NCBI RefSeq assembly: GCF_001017655.1
Contig: NZ_CP010904.1
Span: 30,001 to 62,000, forward strand
Source: Kiritimatiella glycovorans
GTDB taxonomy: Bacteria > Verrucomicrobiota > Kiritimatiellia > Kiritimatiellales > Kiritimatiellaceae
Direction of reading: 5' to 3'
DNA length: 32,000 nt
The notes under the pieces were generated by a model. It had not been told where the DNA came from. It was given only the letters and a program-made list of their open reading frames with translations, and did no database searches. Both the position numbers and the translations under genes were made by a program. This document shows positions 1 to 7,717 of the stretch, one piece after another. The number at the start of each line of letters is the position of its first letter. Position 1 is the stretch's first letter.

Positions 1-427
1 CGTCGCGATGGAATTCCGGGACCCCGTACACGGCCTCTTCGAGCAGGTCCGGCGAGGCGTGTTCGGGTTCGCGTCCAATGAAGTTCGCGTAATCGGCGTA
101 CGATTCGGCGGACCCGAACCGGAAATCGCCGCTGTAATCGATCACCTTCGCGCCCCGTTCCAGTTCCCCGGCCGCCGCCTGCATCCCGACCCCGTCGGGG
201 GTGGAAAAGAACACCACATCGTACGTTTCGCATGCGCGGTCCGAATCCGGCGTGCAGATCTCCAGATCGCAGTACCCCGCCAGGTGCGGGTAGAGATCCG
301 AAATCGGCCGGCCTGCGTCCACCACATCGACAAGGGCGGCCGGTTCGACTTCGGGATGCCGCATGAGCAGTTCCAGTATCCCGACGCCGCCGTAGCCGCC
401 CGCGCCCACAATTTTGGCCTTGATCAT
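1..427 (-). CDS. argC: N-acetyl-gamma-glutamyl-phosphate reductase, N-terminal part (gene runs past the window start)
   Basis: Absent from the ORF track because it runs off the edge. Reverse-strand translation from ATG at 427 gives MIKAKIVGAGGYGGVGILELLMRHPEVEPAALV...VVFFSTPDGVGMQAAAGELERGAKVIDYSGDFRF...EEAVYGVPEFHRD. This is the typical ArgC N-terminal NAD-binding half. The track ORF 8..568 (+) is its antisense artefact. Confidence 0.85.
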   Translation of the reverse strand, partial: MIKAKIVGAGGYGGVGILELLMRHPEVEPAALVDVVDAGRPISDLYPHLAGYCDLEICTPDSDRACETYDVVFFSTPDGVGMQAAAGELERGAKVIDYSGDFRFGSAESYADYANFIGREPEHASPDLLEEAVYGVPEFHRD

Positions 428-575
428 GACAGGTCTCCGTTTCCCGGTTTGAAAGGGCGCGACTATAAGCCTTTTCGCCCGCCTCCGCCAAGAAATCCCG
501 GGCCCGGACCTGCTCATAAAAAGGTTCCCTCGTTTCCGGCTGGACGTCGCCTTAGCGTTCAACTATGAATCCCCG

Positions 576-1571
576 ATGCTTCTTTCGCGGCCAGCGGTAA
601 ACTCAGGGATTCTGCGGCGCGCCGGGGTGTGTGCGGTCCTCCTGGCGGCGCTGTGTGCCGGTTCCGTTTCGGCGGATGTCCTCGTACTCAAGAACGGCGA
701 CCGGCTCAAGGGGCAGTTCGTCAAAAAAGACGCGGGCGTCATTCATTTCCGTTCGGGGATGCTCGGCCTGCTTCAGGTGCCGCAGGCCAAGGTGCGGAAT
801 GTCATCCGCCCCAAACCGGAACCCAAGCCGAAGCCGCAGGCGAAAAAGGCCCCGCCGAAGCCGGAAAAGAAGTTCGAATGGCGCAAATATTTCTCCGGTC
901 GTCTCGGCGGCGGCTACACGCTGCGCGACTCGGATTACGAGCAGCGTCAGGGGGCCTCCAGTAATGTGCGGCGCATCAAGCGTGAGGACGAGATATTCCG
1001 GCTCTATGGGAATGTCGACTTCGACTACAAGAACGAGCACCTCAAGTGGGACCTGAACTACCGCTACATGGAACAGGACGATCTGCGCCGCATCGATTTT
1101 CTCGAACTGTCCCAGCTCTACCGCCACGACGTCGGAAAGAAATGGTTCCTGCAGGAGGAAACGAGTTACCACAGGGATTTCCAGCGGCTGGTGGACCGGG
1201 AGATCTGGCAGACCGTCGGCATCGGCTACCGGTTCTTGGACCAGCCGCGGTTTAAACTCCTTGTTGCGATCGGTCCGGCGTACCAGAACCTGGAACAGGA
1301 GGACGTGGGCAGCACCGAACGGATGCTCTTCGCCGTCGATCAGAATCTCGACTGGCGCACGGAAAAGAACCAGCTCCGCTTTTTTGAACAACTTGAGGTG
1401 AGGGCCAACAGCGACCGGCGGCTCATTACCGCGCGCGCCGGCGTCGACAACCGCATGGTCCAAAACCTCTTTCTGCGCCTCGAATACCGCTACGACTACG
1501 ACAGCATCGTCAACCTCGAGGACCCCTTCCTGCGGAAGATGCTGATCACCAGCGTGAACTACCGGTTCTAG
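576..1571 (+). CDS. Outer-membrane beta-barrel protein, DUF481 (YdiY-like) pattern
   Basis: Signal-like N-terminus (AVLLAALCAGSVSA), VLVLKNGDRLKGQFV motif and a Pro/Lys linker (PKPEPKPKPQAKKAPPKPEKK). The rest is strand-like sequence ending ITSVNYRF, an aromatic C-terminus typical of OM barrels. The family call is from remembered family pattern, not a search. Confidence 0.65.
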   Translation: MLLSRPAVNSGILRRAGVCAVLLAALCAGSVSADVLVLKNGDRLKGQFVKKDAGVIHFRSGMLGLLQVPQAKVRNVIRPKPEPKPKPQAKKAPPKPEKKFEWRKYFSGRLGGGYTLRDSDYEQRQGASSNVRRIKREDEIFRLYGNVDFDYKNEHLKWDLNYRYMEQDDLRRIDFLELSQLYRHDVGKKWFLQEETSYHRDFQRLVDREIWQTVGIGYRFLDQPRFKLLVAIGPAYQNLEQEDVGSTERMLFAVDQNLDWRTEKNQLRFFEQLEVRANSDRRLITARAGVDNRMVQNLFLRLEYRYDYDSIVNLEDPFLRKMLITSVNYRF

Positions 1572-1754
1572 CGTGAATGATGCACCGGCACCCCTTGTCT
1601 GACCTGTAACACACGATGGATACGCGCCTTACGGGGGCCGCCACCGAATCGGCGGTCTTGAGCTTGCTTACAGGGTAGACCAGGCGGGCGACGCGAGGGG
1701 TTCTGTACGTGAACATGGCGCGCACGCGTACGTTTCGGTGCGTTCGGACGTGTG

Positions 1755-1776
1755 AGGGCCCGAAAAGGGCTTTTTT
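1755..1776 (+). terminator. Weak intrinsic terminator downstream of the OMP gene
   Basis: aGGGCCCgaaaaGGGCtttttt: GCCC/GGGC stem, extendable by G-U/A-U pairs, then T6. Repeat copy A begins immediately after the T tract. Confidence 0.35.
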
Positions 1777-1779
1777 GGA

Positions 1780-2270
1780 TTCTTCGCAGATTTTTGTGGT
1801 GGAGCCGTTCGGGGAAGAGGCGGGATGGAAGACGACAAACGTTCGTAGTAGCGCCGCACGCCTGCCCCGGCAGGCCAGGCGCGTGAAAGATAACGGCCCT
1901 TGTCCGCTACGCGGACCTGCGGGCCTACTACGAACGTAAGAGAGAACGCACCATTTCTTTGCCTGTGCTCTTCTCATCCATCTTTGCGATTTCCGGGTAG
2001 GGCGCGCTCTCTCCGCCTTCGGCCCTTTATGCCTTCGGCGGACAGGCTAAGCGCGCCGGTTTTGCGGACGGCCTTCTGCTGTCCGGCAGAATCCCTACCT
2101 TCACATGAAGAGCATGAAGGTGGGTTGAGGGGGGGGGACGAATACTCGCACTCGTACTCGTACTCGGTACGCGTACTCGGAGGATCCCATCCCCCGATTC
2201 AAGGAATTCGAGTACGAGTACGATGTGACGCGAGCGGACTTGCCGCCGCTCACCATAAATTTACGAAGAA
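1780..2270 (+). mobile_element. MITE-like non-coding repeat element, full copy A (about 490 bp)
   Basis: Collinear with the reverse complement of 9536-10045 along its full length; the first 47 nt are identical and the rest differs by scattered substitutions and small indels. Ends TTCTTCGCAGATTTTTGTGGTGGAG / CTCACCATAAATTTACGAAGAA are imperfect inverted repeats. Flanks cttttttgga (1770-1779) and ctttttttga (2271-2280) match 9/10. Track ORFs inside are not frame-conserved between copies. Confidence 0.7.
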
Positions 2271-2373
2271 CTTTTTTTGAGCGCACTCCGTCTATTACGG
2301 CTAACGATGGCGCGTAGGCTGAGGCGTCGTGCCTGCCCACGCGGGGCGGCGGGACGTTTCACCTTACAAAACG

Positions 2374-2410
2374 CCCCGCGACGCAAGTCGTCAGGCGCTG
2401 CGCTGCGGGG
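2374..2410. terminator. Possible bidirectional hairpin terminator between copy A and tRNA-Ser
   Basis: CCCCGC (2374-2379) pairs with GCGGGG (2405-2410) around inner hairpins (gacg/cgtc). Flanked by acaaaac upstream and ggttttgc downstream, so it has an A tract on one side and a T tract on the other. Confidence 0.3.
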
Positions 2411-2540
2411 GGTTTTGCAAGAGGCTCTGCAAGATGGCGATCTTGGTGTATGGGTGACGGAAGAGGTTGTGTTATGAGTCGGAAGCAGGGGCAGATGCCG
2501 AATATTCGTAAACCACTACCGGGCAAGGTATTCCGTTGTA

Positions 2541-2632
2541 TGGCGGAGGAGGAGGGATTCGAACCCTCGGTACTCCTTACGAAGCACACACGCTTTCCAG
2601 GCGCGCCCGTTCGACCGCTCCGGCACTCCTCC
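2541..2632 (-). tRNA. tRNA-Ser, anticodon GGA
   Basis: Reverse complement GGAGGAGTGCCGGAGCGGTCGAACGGGCGCGCCTGGAAAGCGTGTGTGCTTCGTAAGGAGTACCGAGGGTTCGAATCCCTCCTCCTCCGCCA. It has a 7-bp acceptor stem GGAGGAG/CTCCTCC, anticodon stem CGCGC/GCGTG with loop CTGGAAA, a long variable arm, T arm GAGGG-TTCGAAT-CCCTC and encoded CCA. Confidence 0.9.
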
Positions 2633-2661
2633 GAGCAATAGGCGGCACGATGAGATTGCGC

Positions 2662-2690
2662 AGGCTATCAGAGGGCCCGCGGGATTGCAA
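2662..2690 (-). promoter_or_regulatory. Candidate sigma70-type promoter for tRNA-Ser
   Basis: The minus strand reads TTGCAA-17 nt-TAGCCT, about 30 nt upstream of the tRNA 5' end, within the 95-bp divergent spacer shared with prmC. Confidence 0.3.
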
Positions 2691-2727
2691 TCACACGGCG
2701 TGACGGATTAGGTTCAGCGTCCATCCC

Positions 2728-3561
2728 ATGAGCGATATCCGAAATCCGGAGAGCTGCCGGGAGCACCCCGGAGAAAAGCGCGCAGGATTCGAGCGCAGGT
2801 TCCGCGCGGCCGGGATCGCGTGGCCGGAGTATTGCGCACGCTGGCTGGCGGCCGAACGGTGCGGCGGGAAACGGCGGGAGGCTCTGGCGCGAAAAATCGA
2901 GTCGGGCGAGCCGCTGGCCTACGCGCTCGGCCACGTGCCCTTCCGCGAGCTGGACCTCGGCATCGACCGGCGTGCCTTGATCCCGAGACCGGAGACGGAG
3001 GAACTGGCGGGACTCGCCCTCGAGGCCCTCCGCGGTATGCCCGGCCCGCCCGAACGACGGCGGGTGGTCGATGTGGGCACGGGTTCGGGCTGCGTGGCGC
3101 TCTCGCTCGCGCACGAGTTCCCGGGTCCGGCGTACGTCGCCACGGACGCGTCGTCCGCCGCGCTGGAGCTGGCCCGCGAAAATGCTGTGCGCAACGGCCT
3201 CGATCCCGGGCCGGAATGGCGGGAGACGGATCTGCTCGCAGGGATCGAGGGGGCCTTCGACCTCGTGGTCTCCAATCCCCCGTATGTGACCACGGCGGAG
3301 TGGGAGGCCCTGGAGCCGAGTGTGCGCAAGTACGAACCCGCCGCAGCGCTCCGCGCGGGTGCGGACGGCCTCGACCTGATCCGCCGCCTGCTGCCCGCCG
3401 CCCATGCCGTTTTGGGGTCGGGCGGGGTGCTGCTGATGGAGATCGGCGCCGGCCAGGCGGATGCCGTGCGAGGGCTCCTGCGTGCCGCCGGCTTCGGCCG
3501 GATCGACGTGATCCGGGATCGGGCAGGGAAAGATCGTTTCGCGCGGGCGCACAAAACGTAG
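2728..3561 (+). CDS. prmC: Release-factor glutamine N5-methyltransferase (HemK/PrmC)
   Basis: NPPY catalytic motif (VVSNPPYV), SAM-binding VVDVGTGSGCVAL, LIPRPETEEL, and a length of 277 aa typical of PrmC. Confidence 0.85.
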   Translation: MSDIRNPESCREHPGEKRAGFERRFRAAGIAWPEYCARWLAAERCGGKRREALARKIESGEPLAYALGHVPFRELDLGIDRRALIPRPETEELAGLALEALRGMPGPPERRRVVDVGTGSGCVALSLAHEFPGPAYVATDASSAALELARENAVRNGLDPGPEWRETDLLAGIEGAFDLVVSNPPYVTTAEWEALEPSVRKYEPAAALRAGADGLDLIRRLLPAAHAVLGSGGVLLMEIGAGQADAVRGLLRAAGFGRIDVIRDRAGKDRFARAHKT

Positions 3562-3624
3562 GCTTGCCTGTTTATGGTCCCGGCCCGTTCGTGTACCCTT
3601 CCGCCTTTTTATCGGGAGATAAAC

Positions 3625-4557
3625 ATGGCGGAAGTACGGGCACATCGAGGCGCGGGGAAAGGGTTGAGTCCTTCCGGTTTATCGGCGCTGCTGATCGGCA
3701 TCGCGCTGTTCAGCACGATCGAGGTGGCCTCGAAACTGATGCAGACCGGCGGCGGTGTAGCGGGAGATCACCCGTTCTGGCTCGCGTTCTTCCGCTTCAC
3801 GGGTTCCGGCCTCCTGCTCGCCCCGCTCGGGCTGAGACTCCTGCATTCCGGGGGAGTGACCCCGGGAAACAGGGACGCGCTTCGCTTCGCCGGACTCGGT
3901 CTGCTCGGCATTACGGTGATGGCCGCTTTCTTCCACTCGGCGATCACGTATCTGCCCGCGAACATCGCCGCGCTGGTGTTCAGCTGCAACCCGGTGTTCG
4001 TCGTGCTGTTCGCCCCGCTGGTCCTGCCGGAACGAATTACGCCGCGCCGCGTGATCGCCGTCGCCGTCTGCCTGGCGGGCATCGCCGTGCTGGCCCGGGA
4101 CGGCACGGACGGCCCCTCCACGGTCGGCCTGCTTCTGATGGTGGCGGCCCTGATCGCCTTCGCCTTTTACACGGTGATCGCCCGGCGTCTGACCCCGCGC
4201 TACGGGGCGCTGCCGGTGACCGCCTTCGCCGTGCTCGCGGGCGGGATCTTCCTGCTGCCCCTCGCGTGGGTCTTTGAAGGCCTGCCGCCGGGAAATTACG
4301 GCGCGGCGGACTGGCTCGGCATCGCCTATCTCGCGGTTTTCGCAACCGCGCTCGGCTACTTCCTCTACTTCTACGGCCTGGGCCACGTCGATGCCGGGAT
4401 CGGTTCGATGGCGTTCTTCCTCAAACCCGTGCTCGCCGCGGTCTTCGCATGGTTCGTCCTCGGGGAAGGCCTCTCCCCGCACGAATTCGCGGGCGGCGCA
4501 CTGATCCTCGCCGGCATGGCCGTCGCCCTGTGGAGGCGGAAGCCGCGAAGAACCTGA
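3625..4557 (+). CDS. EamA/DMT-family transporter
   Basis: About ten hydrophobic helices in two similar halves, characteristic of EamA-domain permeases. Start chosen at in-frame ATG 3625 after GGGAGA; the track ORF starts at 3574. Confidence 0.8.
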   Translation: MAEVRAHRGAGKGLSPSGLSALLIGIALFSTIEVASKLMQTGGGVAGDHPFWLAFFRFTGSGLLLAPLGLRLLHSGGVTPGNRDALRFAGLGLLGITVMAAFFHSAITYLPANIAALVFSCNPVFVVLFAPLVLPERITPRRVIAVAVCLAGIAVLARDGTDGPSTVGLLLMVAALIAFAFYTVIARRLTPRYGALPVTAFAVLAGGIFLLPLAWVFEGLPPGNYGAADWLGIAYLAVFATALGYFLYFYGLGHVDAGIGSMAFFLKPVLAAVFAWFVLGEGLSPHEFAGGALILAGMAVALWRRKPRRT

Positions 4558-4661
4558 GCCCTGGCTGCACGCGAAGCCGCAGGGCAACTAATCGTCGACG
4601 GCTCCCGAGCCCCATGGTATCAGTAACCCGTGGTGGTCGCGGGCAGGAAGGGAGGCAAGCC

Positions 4662-5189
4662 GTGAACGAACGCGAACAGAGCCGGTCAACGGAATCCGCC
4701 TCGAGCGGCGGCATGGTCAGGCGCATCGGCGGGTATCTGCATCGCGTAGTTCCCGTGGCGGGCGGTGCGGGGAAGGCCGCCCAGTATGTCCTGCTGCCCC
4801 TGATGGTGGAGTTCCGTCCCAGGGACCTGATGCAGGTGATCGTCGGCGCCTCCATCCTAGCCGTCCCGGTGGCGTTTACGGAGGAAACGTGGCGCCTGGG
4901 CGAGACGCTCCCCGCAGGCAACGTGATAGCCCTGTCCACGATCTCGCTGCTGTTCATCGGCCTGTTTGTCTACTTCAATTTCTATCGTTACGTGTTTCGG
5001 GAACACGTGGTCGAGTATGTAAAGCGGGTCGCCGCGATCTATCTCCTCTCGCTGTTCGTGGTAGGGGTGCTGCTCTCGCTGATCGGTAAGTGCCCCTGGG
5101 GGACCGACGCCGTGCTCGCGCTGAAGCGGATCCTGATCGTCGCCTTCCCCGCCTCCATGAGCGCCGCCGTGAGCGACACGCTCAAGTAG
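4662..5189 (+). CDS. Small integral membrane protein (four hydrophobic helices), possibly DUF2391-like
   Basis: C-terminal part of track ORF 4449..5189. Hydrophobic helices include LMQVIVGASILAVPVAF, VIALSTISLLFIGLFVYFNFY, VAAIYLLSLFVVGVLLSLIG and ILIVAFPASMSAAV. Start proposed at in-frame GTG 4662 after GGAAGGGAGG; ATG (MVRRIGG...) is an alternative. The family call is tentative. Confidence 0.5.
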   Translation: MNEREQSRSTESASSGGMVRRIGGYLHRVVPVAGGAGKAAQYVLLPLMVEFRPRDLMQVIVGASILAVPVAFTEETWRLGETLPAGNVIALSTISLLFIGLFVYFNFYRYVFREHVVEYVKRVAAIYLLSLFVVGVLLSLIGKCPWGTDAVLALKRILIVAFPASMSAAVSDTLK

Positions 5190-5236
5190 ATTGGGGTGGA
5201 TATCAGGACCGGTACGCCAAAAAAATGACCCCTATA

Positions 5237-5266
5237 TTGACGGCCGCTTTCCGGTTCGTCTATAAT
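5237..5266 (+). promoter_or_regulatory. Sigma70-type promoter upstream of the PEP-CTERM gene
   Basis: TTGACG (5237-5242), an 18-nt spacer, then TATAAT (5261-5266), about 75 nt upstream of the proposed start. Confidence 0.5.
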
Positions 5267-5342
5267 GGCAGAAGGAGGGCGCATCGGGGATAAGTGGATG
5301 TCGGAGCAGCATGGTTAGCACATGGCAGGAAAGGGGACTCTT

Positions 5343-6212
5343 GTGAAGAAGTACGCATTAATAATGATCCTGGCTATTGGGGCTTTTTCAGGCGGCGTCC
5401 ACGCGGATCTCGTCGCAGCCTTCGACGCGAATGGTTCAACGGGCGCCTTCAGCGGCCTGTCCTCCGCGGACGGCGTGTCCGGCCTGAGTTATACGGCGGG
5501 CTCGGGATTGAATAACTACGGATATCTCGGGTCGTGGGCAACGGTAGCCGAATTCAGCCGGGAATCGTTGCTGACCAATGCCCTGGCCGACGACAGCTAT
5601 CTGGAGTTTTCTTTTCAGACGGCCGGCGGCACACAAATCACCGCGCTGGACCAGTTTTACATGGATAATGATATCGTCGTCACCGTCGATAGCGGGGTCA
5701 CAACATTCAAAATGGGCCTGGCTTATGACAATGGATCGGGATCGTTTTCCGAATTGATTTCGGATATTGATCCGCAGGACATCAACGCGGGGATCGACAT
5801 AAGCGGGTTCTCGGCTGCAGACGCCAACTCCACCGTTCGGTTCCGCGTGGGCTTTTATGACGATGTGCGGGATAATCCCCACTCCGCGCTCTATGTGGTC
5901 AACAGCACCCTCGGTGGCGTGGATGATTCGGCGGCTGTTTTCACCGGAACCGTGATCCCCGAACCGGCCACATCCCTGCTTCTCCTTCCCGGCGTAGGCG
6001 GAATTCTCGCATGGCGAAGGCGGCGTTTTGCGCTCAAGGCTTCGGACCCGGATAAAGAGAACCCGGCCGGGGTTCGGAGCCTGTCCGGAGAGCGTCCGCC
6101 CGCGAATGAAACGGCCTGGCTCGAAGCCATCGAGCGCCTGGTCCAGTGGGTGAAACATCTGGACCCGCTGGGCAGCACGCTGCTGGCCATCGACCGAACC
6201 TTCCGGCGCTGA
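5343..6212 (+). CDS. PEP-CTERM sorting-domain protein with an unusual 61-aa extension after the anchor
   Basis: Signal peptide VKKYALIMILAIGAFSGGVHA from GTG 5343 after AGGAAAGGGGA (track start 5322). PEP-CTERM signature VIPEPATSLLLLPGVGGILAWRRRR. A further 61 codons (6027-6209) with G/C-rich third positions precede the stop. Confidence 0.8.
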   Translation: MKKYALIMILAIGAFSGGVHADLVAAFDANGSTGAFSGLSSADGVSGLSYTAGSGLNNYGYLGSWATVAEFSRESLLTNALADDSYLEFSFQTAGGTQITALDQFYMDNDIVVTVDSGVTTFKMGLAYDNGSGSFSELISDIDPQDINAGIDISGFSAADANSTVRFRVGFYDDVRDNPHSALYVVNSTLGGVDDSAAVFTGTVIPEPATSLLLLPGVGGILAWRRRRFALKASDPDKENPAGVRSLSGERPPANETAWLEAIERLVQWVKHLDPLGSTLLAIDRTFRR

Positions 6213-6244
6213 AGTCGAAGGGGATCGCCGGTGAAACCGGGGTC

Positions 6245-6478
6245 GCGAAGATGAATGAGAAGAGCACAGGCAAAGAAATGGTGCGTTCTCTCTCACGCTC
6301 GTAGTAGGTCCGCAGGTCCGCTCAGCGATAAAAGTTCGTAGTAGGCCCGCAGGCCTGCGAAGCAGGGCCAGGGCCGTTATCTTCACGCGCCTGGTCTGCC
6401 GGGGGCAGGCGTACGGCGCTACTACGAACGATATCACGCGCCTTGGCCCTTCGGGCGCTTACGGCGCTGCTACGAACG
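6245..6478 (-). repeat. Partial copy D of the repeat family (hairpin module only, with duplicated arms)
   Basis: gatgaatgagaagagcacaggcaaagaaatggtgcgttctctc... matches 9845-9985 (copy B) and the reverse complement of 1840-1975 (copy A). Both arm motifs (CGYTCGTAGTAGG... and ...GCGCTRCTACGAACG) occur twice, giving nested inverted repeats. No terminal inverted repeats are present. Confidence 0.65.
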
Positions 6479-6599
6479 TCCGGAAGAAAATCCCCGGCGG
6501 CCTGGCGAGAGAAAAACGGGTTGAAGTCACTTCAGCGGACGGAGTGCCGCCGCTGCTTCAGGCGGATATCGAGTCCCTCCCACTTCTGGACCTGATCCT

Positions 6600-6715
6600 C
6601 TTACTCAGGTTTCAGGTTTCAAATTCAAACTCCGAATTTCCCCCTAATTCCTTCTTACTCAGGTTTCAGGTTTCAAATTCAAACTCCAACTCTCCGACTC
6701 TCCCCCTAATTCCTT
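6600..6715. repeat. AT-rich tandem duplication (54 + 62 bp) upstream of nadA
   Basis: Unit cttactcaggtttcaggtttcaaattcaaactcc...cccctaattcctt occurs at 6600-6653 and 6654-6715, differing by one short indel block. Each unit contains an internal aggtttc doublet. Visibly AT-richer than its surroundings. Confidence 0.85.
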
Positions 6716-6777
6716 GCCGAGCGCGGGCGGGAACGGCAGAATGTAAAAGGTGACCCGAAAACAGGGGTTTTGCGCCG

Positions 6778-7695
6778 ATGGACACTCTGACCAAAGAGAT
6801 TCAGGAGCTGCGCGAGCGGCGGAATGCGATCATCCTGGCCCACTACTACCAGCGGCCGGAGGTGCAGGATCTTGCGGACCGCGTGGGCGACAGTCTGGGG
6901 CTGGCGCGGGCCGCGACGGAGGTGGAGGCGGACGTCATCGTCTTCTGCGGGGTGCACTTCATGGCCGAGACGGCGGCGATCCTGAACCCGGACACGCCCG
7001 TGCTGCTGCCGGACACGAAGTCGGGCTGCCCGATGGCGGATATGATCACGCGCGAGGCACTGGAGGAACGCAAGGCCGACGACCCTGACGCCGTGGTGGT
7101 GACGTATGTGAATTCCAGCGCGGCGGTAAAGGCCTCGAGCGACATCTGCTGCACCTCGGCGAACGCCGTGCGCGTGGTCGAGGACGTTCCCGCGGAGCGG
7201 CCGGTCCTCTTCACGCCGGACCGCAACCTCGGCCACTACGTGCGCCGCCGGACCGGACGGAACATCATGCTGTGGGAGGGCTGGTGCCCGACGCACGAGC
7301 GCATTCTTCCGGAACACATCCTTGAACGGAAGCGCGAGCATCCCGACGCCGCCGTGGTCGTCCATCCCGAGTGTCCGCCCGCGGTGATCGATCTCGCCGA
7401 CGCCGTCGCGAGCACCGGCGGCATGCTCGATTACTGCGCCGCGTCGGAGTGCGGGGCGTTCATTATCGGAACCGAATCGGGCTTTCTCTACCCGCTCGAA
7501 CGGCGCTGTCCGGATAAAAAATTCTACGCCGCCTCGCCCGTCGCCGACTGCCCGAACATGAAGCGGATCACGGCCGGGAAAGTGCGCGATGCACTCGAAT
7601 CGATGCAACCGCGCGTGACGGTTCCGGACGACATTGCCCGCGATGCCCGGGCCCCGATCGAGCGGATGCTGGCCGCCGGGCGCGACCGGCCCTGA
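6778..7695 (+). CDS. nadA: Quinolinate synthase
   Basis: ILAHYYQRPEVQDLAD, FCGVHFMAETAAILNP and VVTYVNSSAAVKA, with a length of 305 aa. This is the classic NadA pattern. Confidence 0.93.
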   Translation: MDTLTKEIQELRERRNAIILAHYYQRPEVQDLADRVGDSLGLARAATEVEADVIVFCGVHFMAETAAILNPDTPVLLPDTKSGCPMADMITREALEERKADDPDAVVVTYVNSSAAVKASSDICCTSANAVRVVEDVPAERPVLFTPDRNLGHYVRRRTGRNIMLWEGWCPTHERILPEHILERKREHPDAAVVVHPECPPAVIDLADAVASTGGMLDYCAASECGAFIIGTESGFLYPLERRCPDKKFYAASPVADCPNMKRITAGKVRDALESMQPRVTVPDDIARDARAPIERMLAAGRDRP

Positions 7696-7717
7696 GCACG
7701 GAATCACGGAGGACCCC

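Noticed and set aside
8-568. 186-aa plus-strand ORF at the window start
   Set aside because: It is antisense to a clear argC reading frame (minus strand, ATG at 427) and has an Arg/Pro/Gly-rich composition typical of wrong-frame translation of GC-rich DNA.
4558-4585. Hairpin GCCCTG...CAGGGC after the EamA gene as a terminator
   Set aside because: No T tract follows it, so support for an intrinsic terminator is weak and it is not reported as a feature.
6600-6715. Possible CRISPR array (direct repeats)
   Set aside because: There are only two units, directly abutting with no spacers. The unit length of 54-62 bp is atypical, and there are no cas genes in the window.
6480-6777. NAD+ class I riboswitch (nadA motif) upstream of nadA
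   Set aside because: I could not find the conserved tandem bulged-stem features (for example CAACA-type internal loops) that I recall for that motif. This cannot be excluded without a covariance-model scan, so it is listed only as a check under the tandem-repeat finding.
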